Of a stretch of DNA of 64,000 bases, positions 42,698 through 55,500 are shown piece after piece. The stretch spans positions 8,556,001-8,620,000 of the forward strand of contig OZ176050.1 of assembly GCA_964247055.1 (NCBI GenBank). The letters are read 5' to 3'. How positions within the stretch are numbered: the first letter of the stretch is position 1; each line of letters begins with the position of its first letter. The stretch comes from Paragordius varius. Lineage: Eukaryota > Animalia > Nematomorpha. The notes beneath the pieces were generated by a model. It was not told where the DNA came from and searched no databases. It was given only the letters and a program-made list of their open reading frames with translations. A program made the position numbers and the translations under genes.

Positions 42698-45600
42698 CCA
42701 TCCATCATCCATCCATTCATTTTAGGTCCCAGGGTATCTGGGGTTTCCATGCACCAACTTCCTGAACAATGTCCTATCAAAGACTTGTTCGTGTTCAATA
42801 TTGAAGTGTGATAGATCTTGGGTCAGCTGTTTGGACCATGTGAGCTTAGGGCGGCCTTTTCTGTTTGGGCCGGGTATATTTAAATGTTGTATTTTTTGGA
42901 CCCAGTTATCGGAATTCATACGTTGAATATGTCCGTAATATCGCAATCGATTGCGCTGGATGAATAAAGCTATGGGTTCATCTTCTTCTATGGTATTATC
43001 AAAATTATTGTTGCAGATTTTGAGCATGTGATTTTCAGCTCTAGTAAGTCTATTTAGGTCTGTTGCTGTAAGGGCCCAGGTTTCTGTAGCGTATGTCATA
43101 GCTGGTCTTATTCCCATTTTGTAAATCTTTATCTTGTGATTCGATTTGATATATTTATTAGTTAAAATATATTTTAATTGATTGAATTTGGCCCATCCTT
43201 GTCTGATTCTATGAGAAATGGCATCCCTCAAAGAACCATCAGATGCTATATAATTGCCCAGATATGGGAAAGATGTTACCACTTCTAGTTTATCTCCATT
43301 AAAGTTTATAGTACGTGGATTTGATATTGGCTGTGGTATTGATGAAGCACATGGTGTGCAGATGAAATTATTATTATTAATTAACTTTCCTTTTATGTTG
43401 GAACATTTTTTATGGACCCAATTTCTACATTTTGTACAACAAAGTGAGTTTAGTTTTACCTCAGTGGTGCACACTGGGCATGGGAACTTTATAGTTTTAT
43501 GTTCATCTCCTGTGATTAGAATTTTAGTTTTGTTTGTATTGATTTTAAGACCGTATTTATGCAATTGTTTTGACCATATAAGATATTTATTTTCGAGTAT
43601 TGAAATATCTTCTGCAGTGATTATGAGGTCGTCTGCATAAAGAATTTCATAAGGCAGACCTTCTCTCATATCTTTTGTTATGTAATCAATTATAGCTATA
43701 AAAAGAAGTGGGCTAAGGACAGATCCCTGATGTAGCCCAGTATTTATACTAAAATACTCTGAATTCCCAACAGGAGTAAGAACACAACTGATTGAGTTAG
43801 TGTAGATTAACATAATTAACTTAATGGTATATTCATCTACGTTGTTGTAGCGCAGTGATTCTATTATTAGTGCTCTAGGTACTGAGTCGTAAGCCTTTTC
43901 TAAATCGACAAAAAGGTGGAATAGTTTACGACCTTTTGCTCGGTATTTATCTTGTAATTGTCTGAGTAGGAAAATTGGATCGATTGTGCTTTTGCCCGCT
44001 GAAAAGGCGAATTGCATTGGATTAATTGATATGAGCTGGACGATACGATTTTTGAGGCACATTTCAAAAATTTTTAACCCATGTTCAAGAAGTTTTAAGG
44101 GCCTGTATGAGGAACAGGTTAAGATATCTCCTTTATTTTTGAAAATGGGAAATATAATGCTTTTTTCCCAGTCTTTGGGTATTTTCATTTCAACTATTAT
44201 TTTGTTAAATAAATTTGTTAGAAGCATGGTTATATTGGGTATTAATTTAATGATATCAAAACATAGTTCACTAGGGCCCGAAGCCTTGTTTGATTTCATT
44301 TGGTCTAAAGCAATCTCAATTTCTTGTATTGTGAATGTATTTAATGGGCCACAACAGGGATCTAGGTCAGAATTTATTATGGGTGTTAAAGGGTTGTTTA
44401 GATTTTGCTCCATATATTTTTGCCATATCGATTTAATTAATTCTGGTTGTATTTGTAAATTATTATTATTATCTTTTATATATTTAATCGTTGGTATATC
44501 TTTTTTGTTATTATTGTAAAGTTTCATATGTTTAAAAATTTTATTATTTTGGATTTCCTTTTCCAATTTATCGGCAGTATCTTTAGCCTTTTCATTCATT
44601 AATTTATTAATTTCCTTTTGAACCTTTTTGTTGTATTTATAATAATCAGTTTTGTCGTTTTCTGTTTTCGATTTCTTCCATTTTTTATACAAACGCGCCT
44701 TTTCTTTAAGTAATGGCTTAATTGCATCGTCCCACCACCATTTCTTTTGGGCTTTGCTCTTTCTTCTACCACACCATTTTTCTACATTTTCAATCGTATT
44801 GCTTCTTAGACTTTGCCAGGAGTCTTCAACGTCAAGATTATCAATGTTTAAGTTAAGCGACTTTTTGAAATTATTCATTATATCAGGTTTTTTAAACTTG
44901 TGTATATTAAGTTTAGGTTTGGTTCTATGATTAAAAGGCCTTGAGTTAAATTTGAAAATTGATGTTAAAACTTTATGCTGTGTTTCAGAGTTATAAGTGG
45001 TTGTATTTACCAGATATTTTCGAATGTGTTGACTAGTTAGGATGTAGTCTATTGTTGTATTATTATTGCCAGAAGTGTATGTAATCAGTTTATTTTTGCT
45101 TTTGGTGAATAAAGTGTTTGCTAACTGTAGTCGCTGAGCTGCACAGAATTCTAAGACATTTTCTCCTTCTTTGTCCCGATTATCGAAGTTGTATCCTCCA
45201 TGTATACCAGAAAAACCTTCGCTGCTTCCAACATGTGCATTTAAATCTCCTCCAATCATTATACAGTCTGTTTCGGGTATATTGGAACATATTTGATAGA
45301 GCTGATCCCAAAAATCCAGCTTGCATTTATCGGGCAAGCCTTTTTGGGGTGCATATACGGAAATAATATTGAGGATCAATTTGTTGTATATCATTCTAGC
45401 TTGAATAATTCTATCACTGTGACGGGTCACGGTAATTAGGTTTTGTCGATGTGTTTCTTTCATCATTATAACGACGCCAGATTGTCCTTTGTTCCCACCT
45501 TGGTATAGTAATGAATAACCATCAAAGTGTTTTATACCTGCATTTTTATATCGAGTTTCTTGTAAACAGCATATGTTTAAATCTAAGTTTCGCACCGTAT

Positions 45601-46110
45601 CTATTACCAGCCATTGCTTATTAACCATTGTTCCAACATTCCAAGAGCCAATTTTAAATGGTTCCGATATAGATTTGAAGTTTTTATTTAGATTATTGTA
45701 TCTTATTTTTATTTTTGGTTGTTCATTTGTACCTGGTTTATTTATTATTGTTTTAGAATTATTTTTATTTCTATTATTTATGTAATTTGTATTTATAGGT
45801 ATACTAGCATTATCATAATATATATTATCATTTATATTAAAATTAAAATTTCGTTTTGAAATAGAGGTTTTATTATCATCAATCATTTTTGTAAGTCGTT
45901 TCTTCATGGTTTTGTAATTTGAGGCAAGGTTTTACGGATTATATGCCCTTATAAACCAACCCCTTTAACTCAGAGGTGAGGGTACCTTATTCGCTGCACC
46001 AGGCTAGAGAATGTCTAAAAAGACTACGATTTTCTCAAATCGACCTCCTCCGTTGGCCTTACACATCGTGTAAGTTTCCGGACATCACCACGTGGAGGTG
46101 GAGGTAGGAT
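42698..46110 (-). mobile_element. Non-LTR retrotransposon (RTE-like), apparently full length
   Basis: Single EN-RT ORF, ~200-bp 5' UTR with an AAGGGCAT...CCGTAAAACC motif (recalled as RTE-like) and a very short 3' UTR ending in a (TGGA)n-type tail at 42698-42720. 5' boundary is approximate and no TSD was found. Confidence 0.85.
42722..45907 (-). CDS. LINE ORF: AP endonuclease + reverse transcriptase + PHD finger (1061 aa, uninterrupted)
   Basis: Endonuclease motifs GSWNV, CLQETR, GGDLNAHVG and IDYIL; RT motifs YRPLKLL, FVDLEKAYDSV, GLHQGSVLSPLLF and YADD; C4HC3 finger CPVC..CTKC..WVHKKC..CTPC. Confidence 0.95.
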   Translation of the reverse strand: MKKRLTKMIDDNKTSISKRNFNFNINDNIYYDNASIPINTNYINNRNKNNSKTIINKPGTNEQPKIKIRYNNLNKNFKSISEPFKIGSWNVGTMVNKQWLVIDTVRNLDLNICCLQETRYKNAGIKHFDGYSLLYQGGNKGQSGVVIMMKETHRQNLITVTRHSDRIIQARMIYNKLILNIISVYAPQKGLPDKCKLDFWDQLYQICSNIPETDCIMIGGDLNAHVGSSEGFSGIHGGYNFDNRDKEGENVLEFCAAQRLQLANTLFTKSKNKLITYTSGNNNTTIDYILTSQHIRKYLVNTTTYNSETQHKVLTSIFKFNSRPFNHRTKPKLNIHKFKKPDIMNNFKKSLNLNIDNLDVEDSWQSLRSNTIENVEKWCGRRKSKAQKKWWWDDAIKPLLKEKARLYKKWKKSKTENDKTDYYKYNKKVQKEINKLMNEKAKDTADKLEKEIQNNKIFKHMKLYNNNKKDIPTIKYIKDNNNNLQIQPELIKSIWQKYMEQNLNNPLTPIINSDLDPCCGPLNTFTIQEIEIALDQMKSNKASGPSELCFDIIKLIPNITMLLTNLFNKIIVEMKIPKDWEKSIIFPIFKNKGDILTCSSYRPLKLLEHGLKIFEMCLKNRIVQLISINPMQFAFSAGKSTIDPIFLLRQLQDKYRAKGRKLFHLFVDLEKAYDSVPRALIIESLRYNNVDEYTIKLIMLIYTNSISCVLTPVGNSEYFSINTGLHQGSVLSPLLFIAIIDYITKDMREGLPYEILYADDLIITAEDISILENKYLIWSKQLHKYGLKINTNKTKILITGDEHKTIKFPCPVCTTEVKLNSLCCTKCRNWVHKKCSNIKGKLINNNNFICTPCASSIPQPISNPRTINFNGDKLEVVTSFPYLGNYIASDGSLRDAISHRIRQGWAKFNQLKYILTNKYIKSNHKIKIYKMGIRPAMTYATETWALTATDLNRLTRAENHMLKICNNNFDNTIEEDEPIALFIQRNRLRYYGHIQRMNSDNWVQKIQHLNIPGPNRKGRPKLTWSKQLTQDLSHFNIEHEQVFDRTLFRKLVHGNPRYPGT

Positions 46111-46674
46111 TTTGATGTAATATATCGAACAAATATATATTTCTAAACAGTTTAAAAAACTTCTCAAGTCTAAAATTTGGATATATACTTTGAGTTTGAA
46201 AACTACCCTTAAATACAAGTGTTAAATATTAATAATATTATATTTTAAAGACAACATCATGTATCATTTTTGTATCTTATAAAATACTTGAAAAATTTGT
46301 GACTATATGCTAGAGCCGAAATCGCATGATATGTTTCAGTTTTATTTATATAATGCTCAAAATTGCATTTAAAATCAGAATTAATTATTAATGGTTATTT
46401 ATATTTATTTATATTGCATTACACTCGAATACATAAAACACATCTGTCAAAAATGCAATGACTATATTTATCAGAATATAAATCTAAAACAATTTAAATT
46501 TTGAGAAAATTAAAATTTCAGTGGTATCGGATTTTGAAAAAAAAAGTTTTTTTATAATGTTTACCAATACATATTCGCTAAAGTTACAAAAAGCTGAAGA
46601 GAAAATTTTGAAAACTATACTCTATGCAATGAGCGCAACGTTTATTTATACATTAATGAATTTGATCTATACAT

Positions 46675-47745
46675 TGTCCTAATGGCTTGATGAAATATAT
46701 ATATTCTGATAGAAAAATGTATCAGGATAACTTGGAGTTTTTAGTTTTAGCCCTTGTGAGTAATTTATGAAAGTTATTAACACTTTGTCGTAATAGCTCC
46801 ATATCAGAAAATGGCAAAATTTGCCGATATTTTTTTGGTGATAGAAGCTCCATTCCAATATCACTAAAATATTTTATAAACTACATACAAATATAAACAA
46901 TATTTTCAAATAATTTTAATTAGATGGTAACACCGAAAGTCCCAAATTTTTTTGCATTTCTAAAATGGGCTAGTGCTCTTAATATAAATGCAAAAATGCC
47001 GGAATTACGGGATAAAAATCACAAATATATATCAGCTAAATTTTTATATCAACTAAAAATATTATAAAAACAGTTTTATGATAAAATTCAATGTTGCTGA
47101 GCATTTCTATCGCTGGCGAATTTTATTTTAAAGGTTGTTTTTTTTAAACTTTTGATGAATTCTTGTAAAAAAACAATATTTATTTAACAAAATTTGAAGA
47201 CCTAATTTAAAATTAAATTCTGAGGTGAAAAAAATCTTCAGCATCATCGAATTATATAGATTTTTTATAATATCTTGAAGCGTTATACTGATCCAAAATA
47301 ATAATAAGCACGCTTCAACAAAATTTTGTACAAATTATGTTGAAAAAAGTATGCATTTTTTAAAATATATTTAGTTGATATTAAAATTTAGCTTATAATT
47401 ATAATTTTTATAGCGTACCGGTATTTTGGCCTTTATTAAGGAGGACTAGTCCATATTATAAGGGAGAAATATTTGAGACTTTCAAAGCACACATCTAAAA
47501 ATTAATTTTTTTTGAAAATATTGCTTTGCTTTTATATATGTAGTTTATTATATTTTAGTGATATTTTTTGGAATGAAGCCTCTTTTCAACAAAAAAAATT
47601 ATTTAAAAAATCTGCGCAAATTTTGAAACAGCTACCACAAAAGTGTAAATAAGTATATTAAATTGTAAGGGCCTAAACCAAAAGCACCATGATAATGCTG
47701 ATACATCCTATCTAAATTATTTCAGGTAATCATTTTGTGAACATC
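46675..47745. mobile_element. Family A foldback element
   Basis: Left AATGGCTTGATGAAATATATATATTCTGATAG and right CCAAAAGCACCATGATAATG...TTTTGTGAACA match the ends of 1770-2923. Confidence 0.7.
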
Positions 47746-47869
47746 GATTGTTTGCGCACAAATCGTCTTAGATTCGTAGGACGTTTCACCGAGTCCCCAG
47801 AAAGCTGCTTAGGTGGCATAGTCAATTTTTCCACAAGGTTTCGAAACGTAAAGGACGTCCAATTAACAC

Positions 47870-48297
47870 ATCAATTTAATTGGGGTATCTGAATACCCCA
47901 ATTCGTTTGAAAAAAAAGTTCCATTACAAACTACTTCGACGCCATTTATATTTTTCCAAATTTTTGCAAAATATTGTGTTCATTATAAAGATAATATATC
48001 TTTGATTAAATTACATCTAACATTGATAGTGATTTATTTTATTTTTCAAGTTAGCCGATGCACATATGTTACGTTGACCAAAATTTTACCATTGAGTTTT
48101 ACAATTAAATAAGTAACATCAGGTGTTTTTGAATAATTTTTTTTATATATTTCGGTTTATTAATGTTATATAAGTGCAAAATTTTGCCATGGTTTCCATT
48201 CCTTCCATGTTTTTTAAAGTATTTAATATTAAACAGGCCTGATCCAACTACCCCAGTTTGAATCGAAGGACTGAAATGAATGTGTTGCATCCAAGTG
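47870..48297 (+). mobile_element. piggyBac-type MITE, family B, internally deleted
   Basis: TTGGGGTATCTGAATACCCC...TGTGTTGCATCCAAGTG|TTAA. Confidence 0.75.
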
Positions 48298-48950
48298 TTA
48301 AGAATTATTATAGAAAACGATCTGACTCTTTTAACACTTCATTACTTTTCATTTTGTTCTATACACTTTGAGCTAGTTGTTTTGCATCCCAGAGCTGAAT
48401 ATGATAAATAAACCATATTTTTGGCAGTTAATTTAAAAATTTAATTATCAAACATTGTTCTCATGTATACACAGAAAATTTATATTTTTACAGTTGTCTG
48501 AATTCTAGAGGCTAAAGTTGGGATAGCTTCAAAATACGATTTAAACGAACAGCTGATATTAAAATCATAATATGTCAAATTTCTGTTGATGAAACTTGAA
48601 AGATTTTTAATAATAATTATTTACATTTTATAACCATAACCGTTTATTTGCCTGTTGCAATAGCGTTTAATTTATAAAAAAAATAGCTGCAAAAAGCTTG
48701 AGATGAGCAATTTTTACAAGTTTACTTTTTTTTTAAAAAAAAAATGTAAAATGCGCCTAAAAGACTAAGGAGAGCAAAATTTAGAATTCCGTTTAATACT
48801 TAAAATACTTTAAAAAAATTTCATATTTCAAATAGCTCTTTTGCTACTGTAGATTTGCTAAAAAATTTAATATATAAAAATATGTCATCAACAACAATTT
48901 TTAATGGACGTTTGTCGAAGAAAAAACTTCAAGTTAATGTGGAATTTTAA

Positions 48951-49445
48951 CATTTGGATACAACACATTCATTTAAGTCCTTCGATTCAAATTGGGGTAG
49001 TTAGATTCCTAAGGCTTGTTTAAAAATAAATATACTCATATTAATGATCCGAAAATTAAAAATTATTCATTTAATATTGCTTATTAAGAGGTAAAACTCA
49101 AGGGCAACAATTTAGCCAACATGATTTTTGTTCATAAGCTAAATATAAAAATAATGCATAATATACCTCTTTTCCTGTTCATATAATGTTAAATGTGCTT
49201 TTAAAATAAACTTTTTAGGCTATACGATATTTTGTAAAAATGATGTGAAAAAATGGCGTCCAAAGAGTTTGATGCGAAATTTTTTTTCCAAAACTAAATT
49301 TTATTTATATATTTTGGCTTATCTATATAATTTTTTTAAGATAGAAGCATAAATTCAAATTGGAACCGTTTCTTTCAGTAGTTTTATAAAAATATCAACT
49401 TAAATATTGTCTAGGGTATTTAGATAGGCATTTTAAATCGAGGTG
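48951..49445 (-). mobile_element. piggyBac-type MITE, family B (tandem copy 1)
   Basis: TTAA|CATTTGGATACAACAC...AAATCGAGGTG|TTAA. Confidence 0.75.
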
Positions 49446-49449
49446 TTAA

Positions 49450-50011
49450 CACTTGGAAACGACACATTCGTTTCAGTCCTTCGATTCAGATTGAATTAGT
49501 TGGATACCCCAGGCCTGTTTAAAAATAAATATTTGAAAAATATGGAAGAAATCTAAACCATGTCAAAATTTTGCACCAATATAACATTAATAGACCGAAA
49601 TATATAAAATTTTATTCAAAACTACTTGATATTACTTATTTAATGTAAAACCGAAAAAAAATTTAGTCAACGTAACATATGGGCATTGGCTAAATTAAAA
49701 AATAATACAAAATAAACCACTTTTTCTACCTTTCAATGTTAGATGTAATTTAAATAAACAATTAGCTTTATACCATTAGAACCAAATAAACACGATATTT
49801 TGCACAAATTTTGTAAAATAAAAATGGCGTCGAAGTAGTTTGACATGTAACTTTTTTTAAAAAACAAAATTTATATATATGTTAGCATATTTTTATAATT
49901 ATTAGGATAGAAGCAGAAATTTAAATTGGGGCCGTTTCCATCAGTAGTTTTTTAAAAATCCTAACTCAAATTTGTCTGGAATATTTAAATATGCCAACTT
50001 CAATCGAAGTG
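49450..50011 (-). mobile_element. piggyBac-type MITE, family B (tandem copy 2)
   Basis: TTAA|CACTTGGAAACGACAC...CAATCGAAGTG|TTAA. Shares the TTAA at 49446-49449 with copy 1. Confidence 0.8.
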
Positions 50012-50545
50012 TTAAATGTAGGAATTTATTATTTGTGAAAAAAACTAAAGTTTTTAAATATATATTAAATACGAATGCGAAATATTAACAAGATCTGACA
50101 AAGAGAAAAAGTAATTTTAATTAAGAGAATAAATGATGAAAATCGAATTTTATTGATTTATAAATGTCGGAATTAATAATAAAAATTTGAAGGAAAAAAT
50201 GATTTACACATCAGATTCATAAACAACTGGAATTTATATTCCAAAAATATAATACAGTTAACGGAAATTACCATATCATTAACAAAACTTATACTAATCA
50301 GAAATAATTCTTTAAATCGTATCAAACAAAATAAATTTTCTAACAGTATGATAAATATGCACGCGCCTCGGTTTAATTTAGTCAGAATATGTATATATAT
50401 GCGCTATAATTTAAAGAATGTTATTAGTTACTATAGAGATGAACCATTAGTATGAATATATAAGATAATGTAGGACTTTAATTTTTCCTTTAAAGATATT
50501 AATTTAATCAAATATTTCTTATATGTATAACATATTATTATATCC

Positions 50546-50600
50546 CTAGAAGTCAACCCGACCCCCGCGGCAACTTGACGGCTGTAACTAAACCTCCATT
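50546..50600 (-). mobile_element. Possible Helitron 3' terminus remnant
   Basis: Minus strand reads ...AGTTGCCGCGGGGGTCGGGTTGACTTCTAG, a GC-rich subterminal segment ending in CTAG. Confidence 0.3.
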
Positions 50601-51349
50601 GACTTGTGTATTGAAAATGTCATTTGTGGACAGTGGCGACGTAGGTCTCCTACTAATGTGACCAGATAGACTGTTTTTCGCAGTACAGTACTGGGTTTTC
50701 AGGAAAAAACTGCGCCTGTACTGCGCCCACTTTTGTACTGCTTTTTGAAATTAAAAATTTTTTTTCATTAATATATATTAATTACCTTTTATTTATTCAA
50801 AAAATATTTTATAATTTTATATAGTATACCCTCTGTAAAAATAATCCCATAATTTGTAAAGAAATGGTTTATTTTTCGGTAAAAAACTAAGATTGGCCTA
50901 TTTTTAATTGGTTAATATTTTATTTTTTGCTCGAATTATGCAAAAAATTTAGTTTAGCCTTTCGCACAGTGGCGAAACTCTAAATTTCGGACTCCACACC
51001 GTAAAATCAGGCTAATGGCTCTTTCACTCAGGGCTTCCGCATAAAGAGGGGCCACAAAATAAAATTAATTTATGATGTTAATAAATATTTGATCAGGTTT
51101 AGAAAGTTCATTTTTTGTTCTAATTATCAATTGGAAAATTATATAGAAAATTGTTATTCCCGTAACATATTATTCAAAATTTATTATATATGGCATACGA
51201 TTTCGAAATAACCCTTTTTCGTATTTAAAAATTAAGAGTTTTTTTGTTTTCTATACCTATTAGGTGGGAGGTATGATATTTCTTGATATTTTACCTAAAC
51301 TTTAATTTTTATTAGTATTCTTATTTATTGCATAAACAAATTTGAGATA

Positions 51350-52480
51350 TTTTCTTGAAGTGTACTTCAAAAACATGATGGAAACGGTTTAACGTTTTGA
51401 GATATAATAAAGCCCTTTTAAATAACTCGATGATGTTGAACATTACTATAGGTTCAGAATTTTAATTTAAAGATTTGTTTGCTTGGAAATTTTGGTAAAT
51501 TATTGTAAAAAAACACTTTTATTTCACATAAATTTGAAAAAATATTTAATTCTAGCTAAAAAATTAGCATTATCGATATATATAAAGTGTTATAAAATCT
51601 AACCGTTTATATAGATTCCCTCATGCTCAAAATAGTATGAAGTATGCTTCAAAAAATTTTGCAAAAATTAAATTTTAAGTGTGCATTTTTTTAAAAATAT
51701 ATTTAGTCGATATCAAAATTTAGCAGATATTTAAAATTATTACGCCAATTTTTTGAGTTTATTTTGAGAAAACAGTCCATTTTAACACTTCGATTCAAAT
51801 TGGGGTATCTAAATACCCCAAACCAAATTTAAAGTAGAATTTTCAAAAAACTACTGACGGAAACGGTTCCAATTTAAATTTATTATTCTATCTTAATAAA
51901 AATTATATAAATATGCCAAAATATCTAAATAAAATTTTGTTTTGAAAAATTTTTTTATGTCAAACTACGTGGACGCCATTTTTATTTTGCAAAATTTTTG
52001 CAAAATATCGTCTTCATTTAATTTTAAGAGTAAAATTATAGCTAATTTTTTATTTAAATTATACCTAACATTGATAGAAACAGAAAAGGCGGTTTATTTT
52101 GCATTATTTTTCAATTTCACCAACAAACACATGTCACGTTGATTAAATTTTACCTTTCAGTTTTAGCTTAAAATAAGTAATATCAGGTATTTTTGAATAA
52201 ATTTTTTTATATATTTCGGTTTATTAATGTTATATAAAAGCAAAATTTTGCCATGGTTTTGATTGCTTCCATATTTTTTAAAGAATTTATTCTTAAACAG
52301 GTCTGGAGTATCTAACTACCCCAATTTGAACCGAAGGACTAAAATGAATGTGTTGTATCCAAGTGTTAAAAGAGCCAAAAAATTTGGGACTTTCAGAGCC
52401 CACATCTAAAAATTTAAATCAAAAGCACCATGATAATCAGGATACTTTCCTATCAGAATATATATTTTATCCGAATATAT
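51350..52480. mobile_element. Family A foldback element interrupted by a family B insertion
   Basis: Removing 51786-52365 and one TTAA restores CCATTTTAAAAGAGCC, the reverse complement of 2086-2101. Left boundary is approximate. Confidence 0.7.
51786..52365 (+). mobile_element. piggyBac-type MITE, family B, nested in family A
   Basis: TTAA|CACTTCG...CCAAGTG|TTAA. The TTAA duplication is demonstrable from the uninterrupted family A copy. Confidence 0.88.
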
Positions 52481-52891
52481 TTTTTGTTGAAACGGTGTAT
52501 ATACAACACCGATGGTGTAAAAACAGGCAAAGTATGTTTCAATTTTGTACTGCGTCAAAGTTCAAAATATCTGGTCACATTGTCCTACACCCCTTTCTTA
52601 ATAGAGCTCCTAAAAAGTGAAGTCTTAAAGGCAAAAATGGAAGATGCCAACGACCGATGTTTATGGCAGAAGCTATCCCTAGGGTTACCTCCTTATTTGG
52701 AGAAAAAAGCCCTTAAAAGCTTATTTGGCATATATTACATAACTTTCGTATGATACTTTATACTACTCCTTTACAAGATGTGCTAAATTAAAGATAACCC
52801 TTTAGGCCTTTGTCTGAAGACTATTTTTGACGGCATATTGTAGTGTCAGTACCTATATTTTCATACTGTTACATTTATTTGTAAAGACGGC

Positions 52892-55109
52892 ATGGAACTT
52901 TGTTACAATAAAGGTTGTGGTCAAACATTTTCCGCTTACGATAATACGGATGGTAAATAAAATTTTATGAGTAGAATCATGTCAATATCACAGTGGCGAA
53001 CCTGTTTTTCATGATGCCTACAAATCTTGGTCGTGCTGTTCAAAAAAGTCAATTAATTTTACAGATTTTTTAAATATACCAGTAAAAACATATTTTATTT
53101 ACAGGGTTGTTGTAAAGGCAAACACTCAAATATAAAGCCTTTGACTAAGGAAAAAACAGAACCGGAAAAGTTAAATGTATTTTAATCTTTATTTCAGAAA
53201 AATGAGCCAATAACAAATAAGTATAATGAGGTAATTGATCGCCCTTCTGTTGATGAAAAAATGACATTGTTAGAAAAAATTAAAGAAGCATCTTATAAAC
53301 CAATTGTTCATCAAAATGGTAAAATTTGAATAATGATTAGCTAATTTTTCAACAAAATCTGGACCATCACCTTCTGATATCTGTAAACATAATTCGTGTA
53401 ACACAACTTATGAAGACGCCTGTAATGATAAAAAATGTTGTACATATCACCCCGGTGTTCCCGTATTTCATGAAGGGTATGTTTTTTAAATAATTGCAAG
53501 GTTAAAATATTGGAGTTGTTGTCAAAAACGCACCACTGATTTCGGGGCTTTTTTATCGCAACAAGGTTGCGAAACTGGCCAACATGTTTGGGAACCTGAT
53601 AATATATCTGTAAGTGTTTTTTTTGCATTCTATATCTGAATGCTGAACGAATATTTGAAATTAATATATTTATCGACACATCTATTACGGAAGAATGATA
53701 TTTAGGTTCTAATACCTTGCAAAAAATGTTTTACTTTTTTCGAATTAAGAGTGTCTTTTTACCCAGAATATAGTAAAAAGTATTTGTGAATTTATCAATC
53801 ATTGTATTTATACATTGAACAAAAAACGTAATCTTTACAGTTTCACACTGGTATTATATAAATTGCATTTATTTAACCCTTCGATTCAAATTGGGGTATC
53901 TAAATACCCCAGACTTAATTTTAATTAAAAGTTTTAAAAAACTACTGAAGGAAACGGTCCCAATTTAAATATATGCTTCTATCCTGATAAATATTATAAA
54001 TATGCCAAAATATCTTGATAAAATTTTGTTTTGAAAAAAAAGTTCCATCTCAAACTACTTCGACGCCATTTTTATTTTAATTTTTTTTTGCAAAATATCG
54101 TTTTCATTTAATTTTAAGGGTAAAACTAATGCTAATTTATTATATAAATTTTATCTAACATTGATAGAAATAGATAAAGCGGTTTATTTTGTATATTTTT
54201 TAATTTTAAAATTTGACACATGTCACGTTGACGAAATTTTTTTTTCGGTTTTAGCTCAAAATAAATAATATCAAGTATTTTTGAATATAATTTTTTACAT
54301 ATTTCGGTTTATTAATGTTATATAAGTGCAAAATTTTGCCATGGTTTCGATTCCTTCCATACTTTTTTAAAAATTTGATTTTAAACAGGCCTGGGATATC
54401 CAACTACCCCAATTTGAATCGAAGGACTAAAATGAGTGTGTTGTATCCAAGTGTTAAATGAAACCGCTCATTACAAAAAATAATTTACAAGATTTGCTCT
54501 TAGCATATATTATTTATTTATTAAAATAAAAAATTAAACACAAAACTAAATAATACTAACTAATGTGAATAATGTAAAATAAATTACCCATTTTTTATTA
54601 TATTTATGATTAATAAAATACGTTTATATATTATCGCTTAACGGTGTCATATATAATTTCTTGATGGTCAACGAAATATTATATAGCTTTGATTTAAATA
54701 AATAATATCTACGAATTGAAATTCAATTATATTTTCTAAAAAGTGTTTAAAAGTACATTAATATGTTTTTTATAATTTGAAACCCCTTTACAATCGCATT
54801 TTTTTGTTATAGATTGATGTTGATCATTTTTTCATTTCTTAATGAACCTTGAAAATCTTTATTTTTGTTTTACATAGAATAATTCGGAAGAATGTAAGTA
54901 TGATTGGCATCAAACATCTCAATGGACCTATTTGACTTTTTATGCCAAAAACTCAGATATAGATGCAACTACCATTAAAGCCAACCAAATTAAATTGGAA
55001 ATAAATCTGATTTACAAGGGAAATCAGGCTACGAACAATACTTTTACGTTTAACAAAAATTTTATACTCTACGATGTAATAATTCACATAATCTTCACAT
55101 TTTTAATTC

Positions 55110-55140
<31 letters not shown>

Positions 55141-55253
55141 AGTCCATCGATCCTTCACTCAGCAAAGTTCATTTTTATGGTACTAAAGTCGAGATTCGGT
55201 TGTGGAAAAATCGGACAAAACATTGGAAAACGTTTGAATATACACATACATAA
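52892..55253 (+). CDS. CHORDC1: Cysteine- and histidine-rich domain-containing protein 1 (CHORD-CHORD-CS, Hsp90 co-chaperone); exons 52892-52952, 52975-53081, 53105-53176, 53198-53318, 53341-53476, 53501-53609, 54878-55075, 55143-55253 (304 aa)
   Basis: [38 protein letters not shown]; [40 protein letters not shown]; CKYDWHQT...FYAKNS (CS domain). Confidence 0.95.
53877..54453 (+). mobile_element. piggyBac-type MITE, family B, in CHORDC1 intron 6
   Basis: TTAA|CCCTTCGATTCAAATTGGGG...CCAAGTG|TTAA. This copy begins with the canonical piggyBac CCC. Confidence 0.88.
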
Positions 55254-55500
55254 TTTTATTACAATAAATTTATCAGCTTTTGAAATTTTTTACAATTTAT
55301 TATATACAATGATAAAGTAGATGTTGTTTCCTAGTTAAAAGCTAATTTCCATTTCATTTCTATTTGCATTAATTTTATGATACATTATGCGTCCTTGTGG
55401 AATTTTCGCCAATAACTAGATCCAGTTTGTATTAGGCGTCCGTATTTTTTCTTTTGAGCATGTTTATGCTAAAGAAAATATTTAATAGTAAAAAATGTTT

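Noticed and set aside
43254-45785. Five plus-strand ORFs inside the LINE
   Set aside because: They are antisense to the EN-RT ORF and carry no recognisable domains.
47760-47860. Hammerhead-like/Penelope-like segment (minus strand CTGGGGA-CTCGGT-GAAACGTC)
   Set aside because: The catalytic core deviates from CUGANGA, stem II is not convincing and there is no Penelope RT/GIY-YIG ORF nearby.
52348-52753. Overlapping ORFs upstream of CHORDC1, including MEDANDRC at 52637
   Set aside because: They start within MITE sequence and have no homology. The CHORD domain starts cleanly at ATG 52892.
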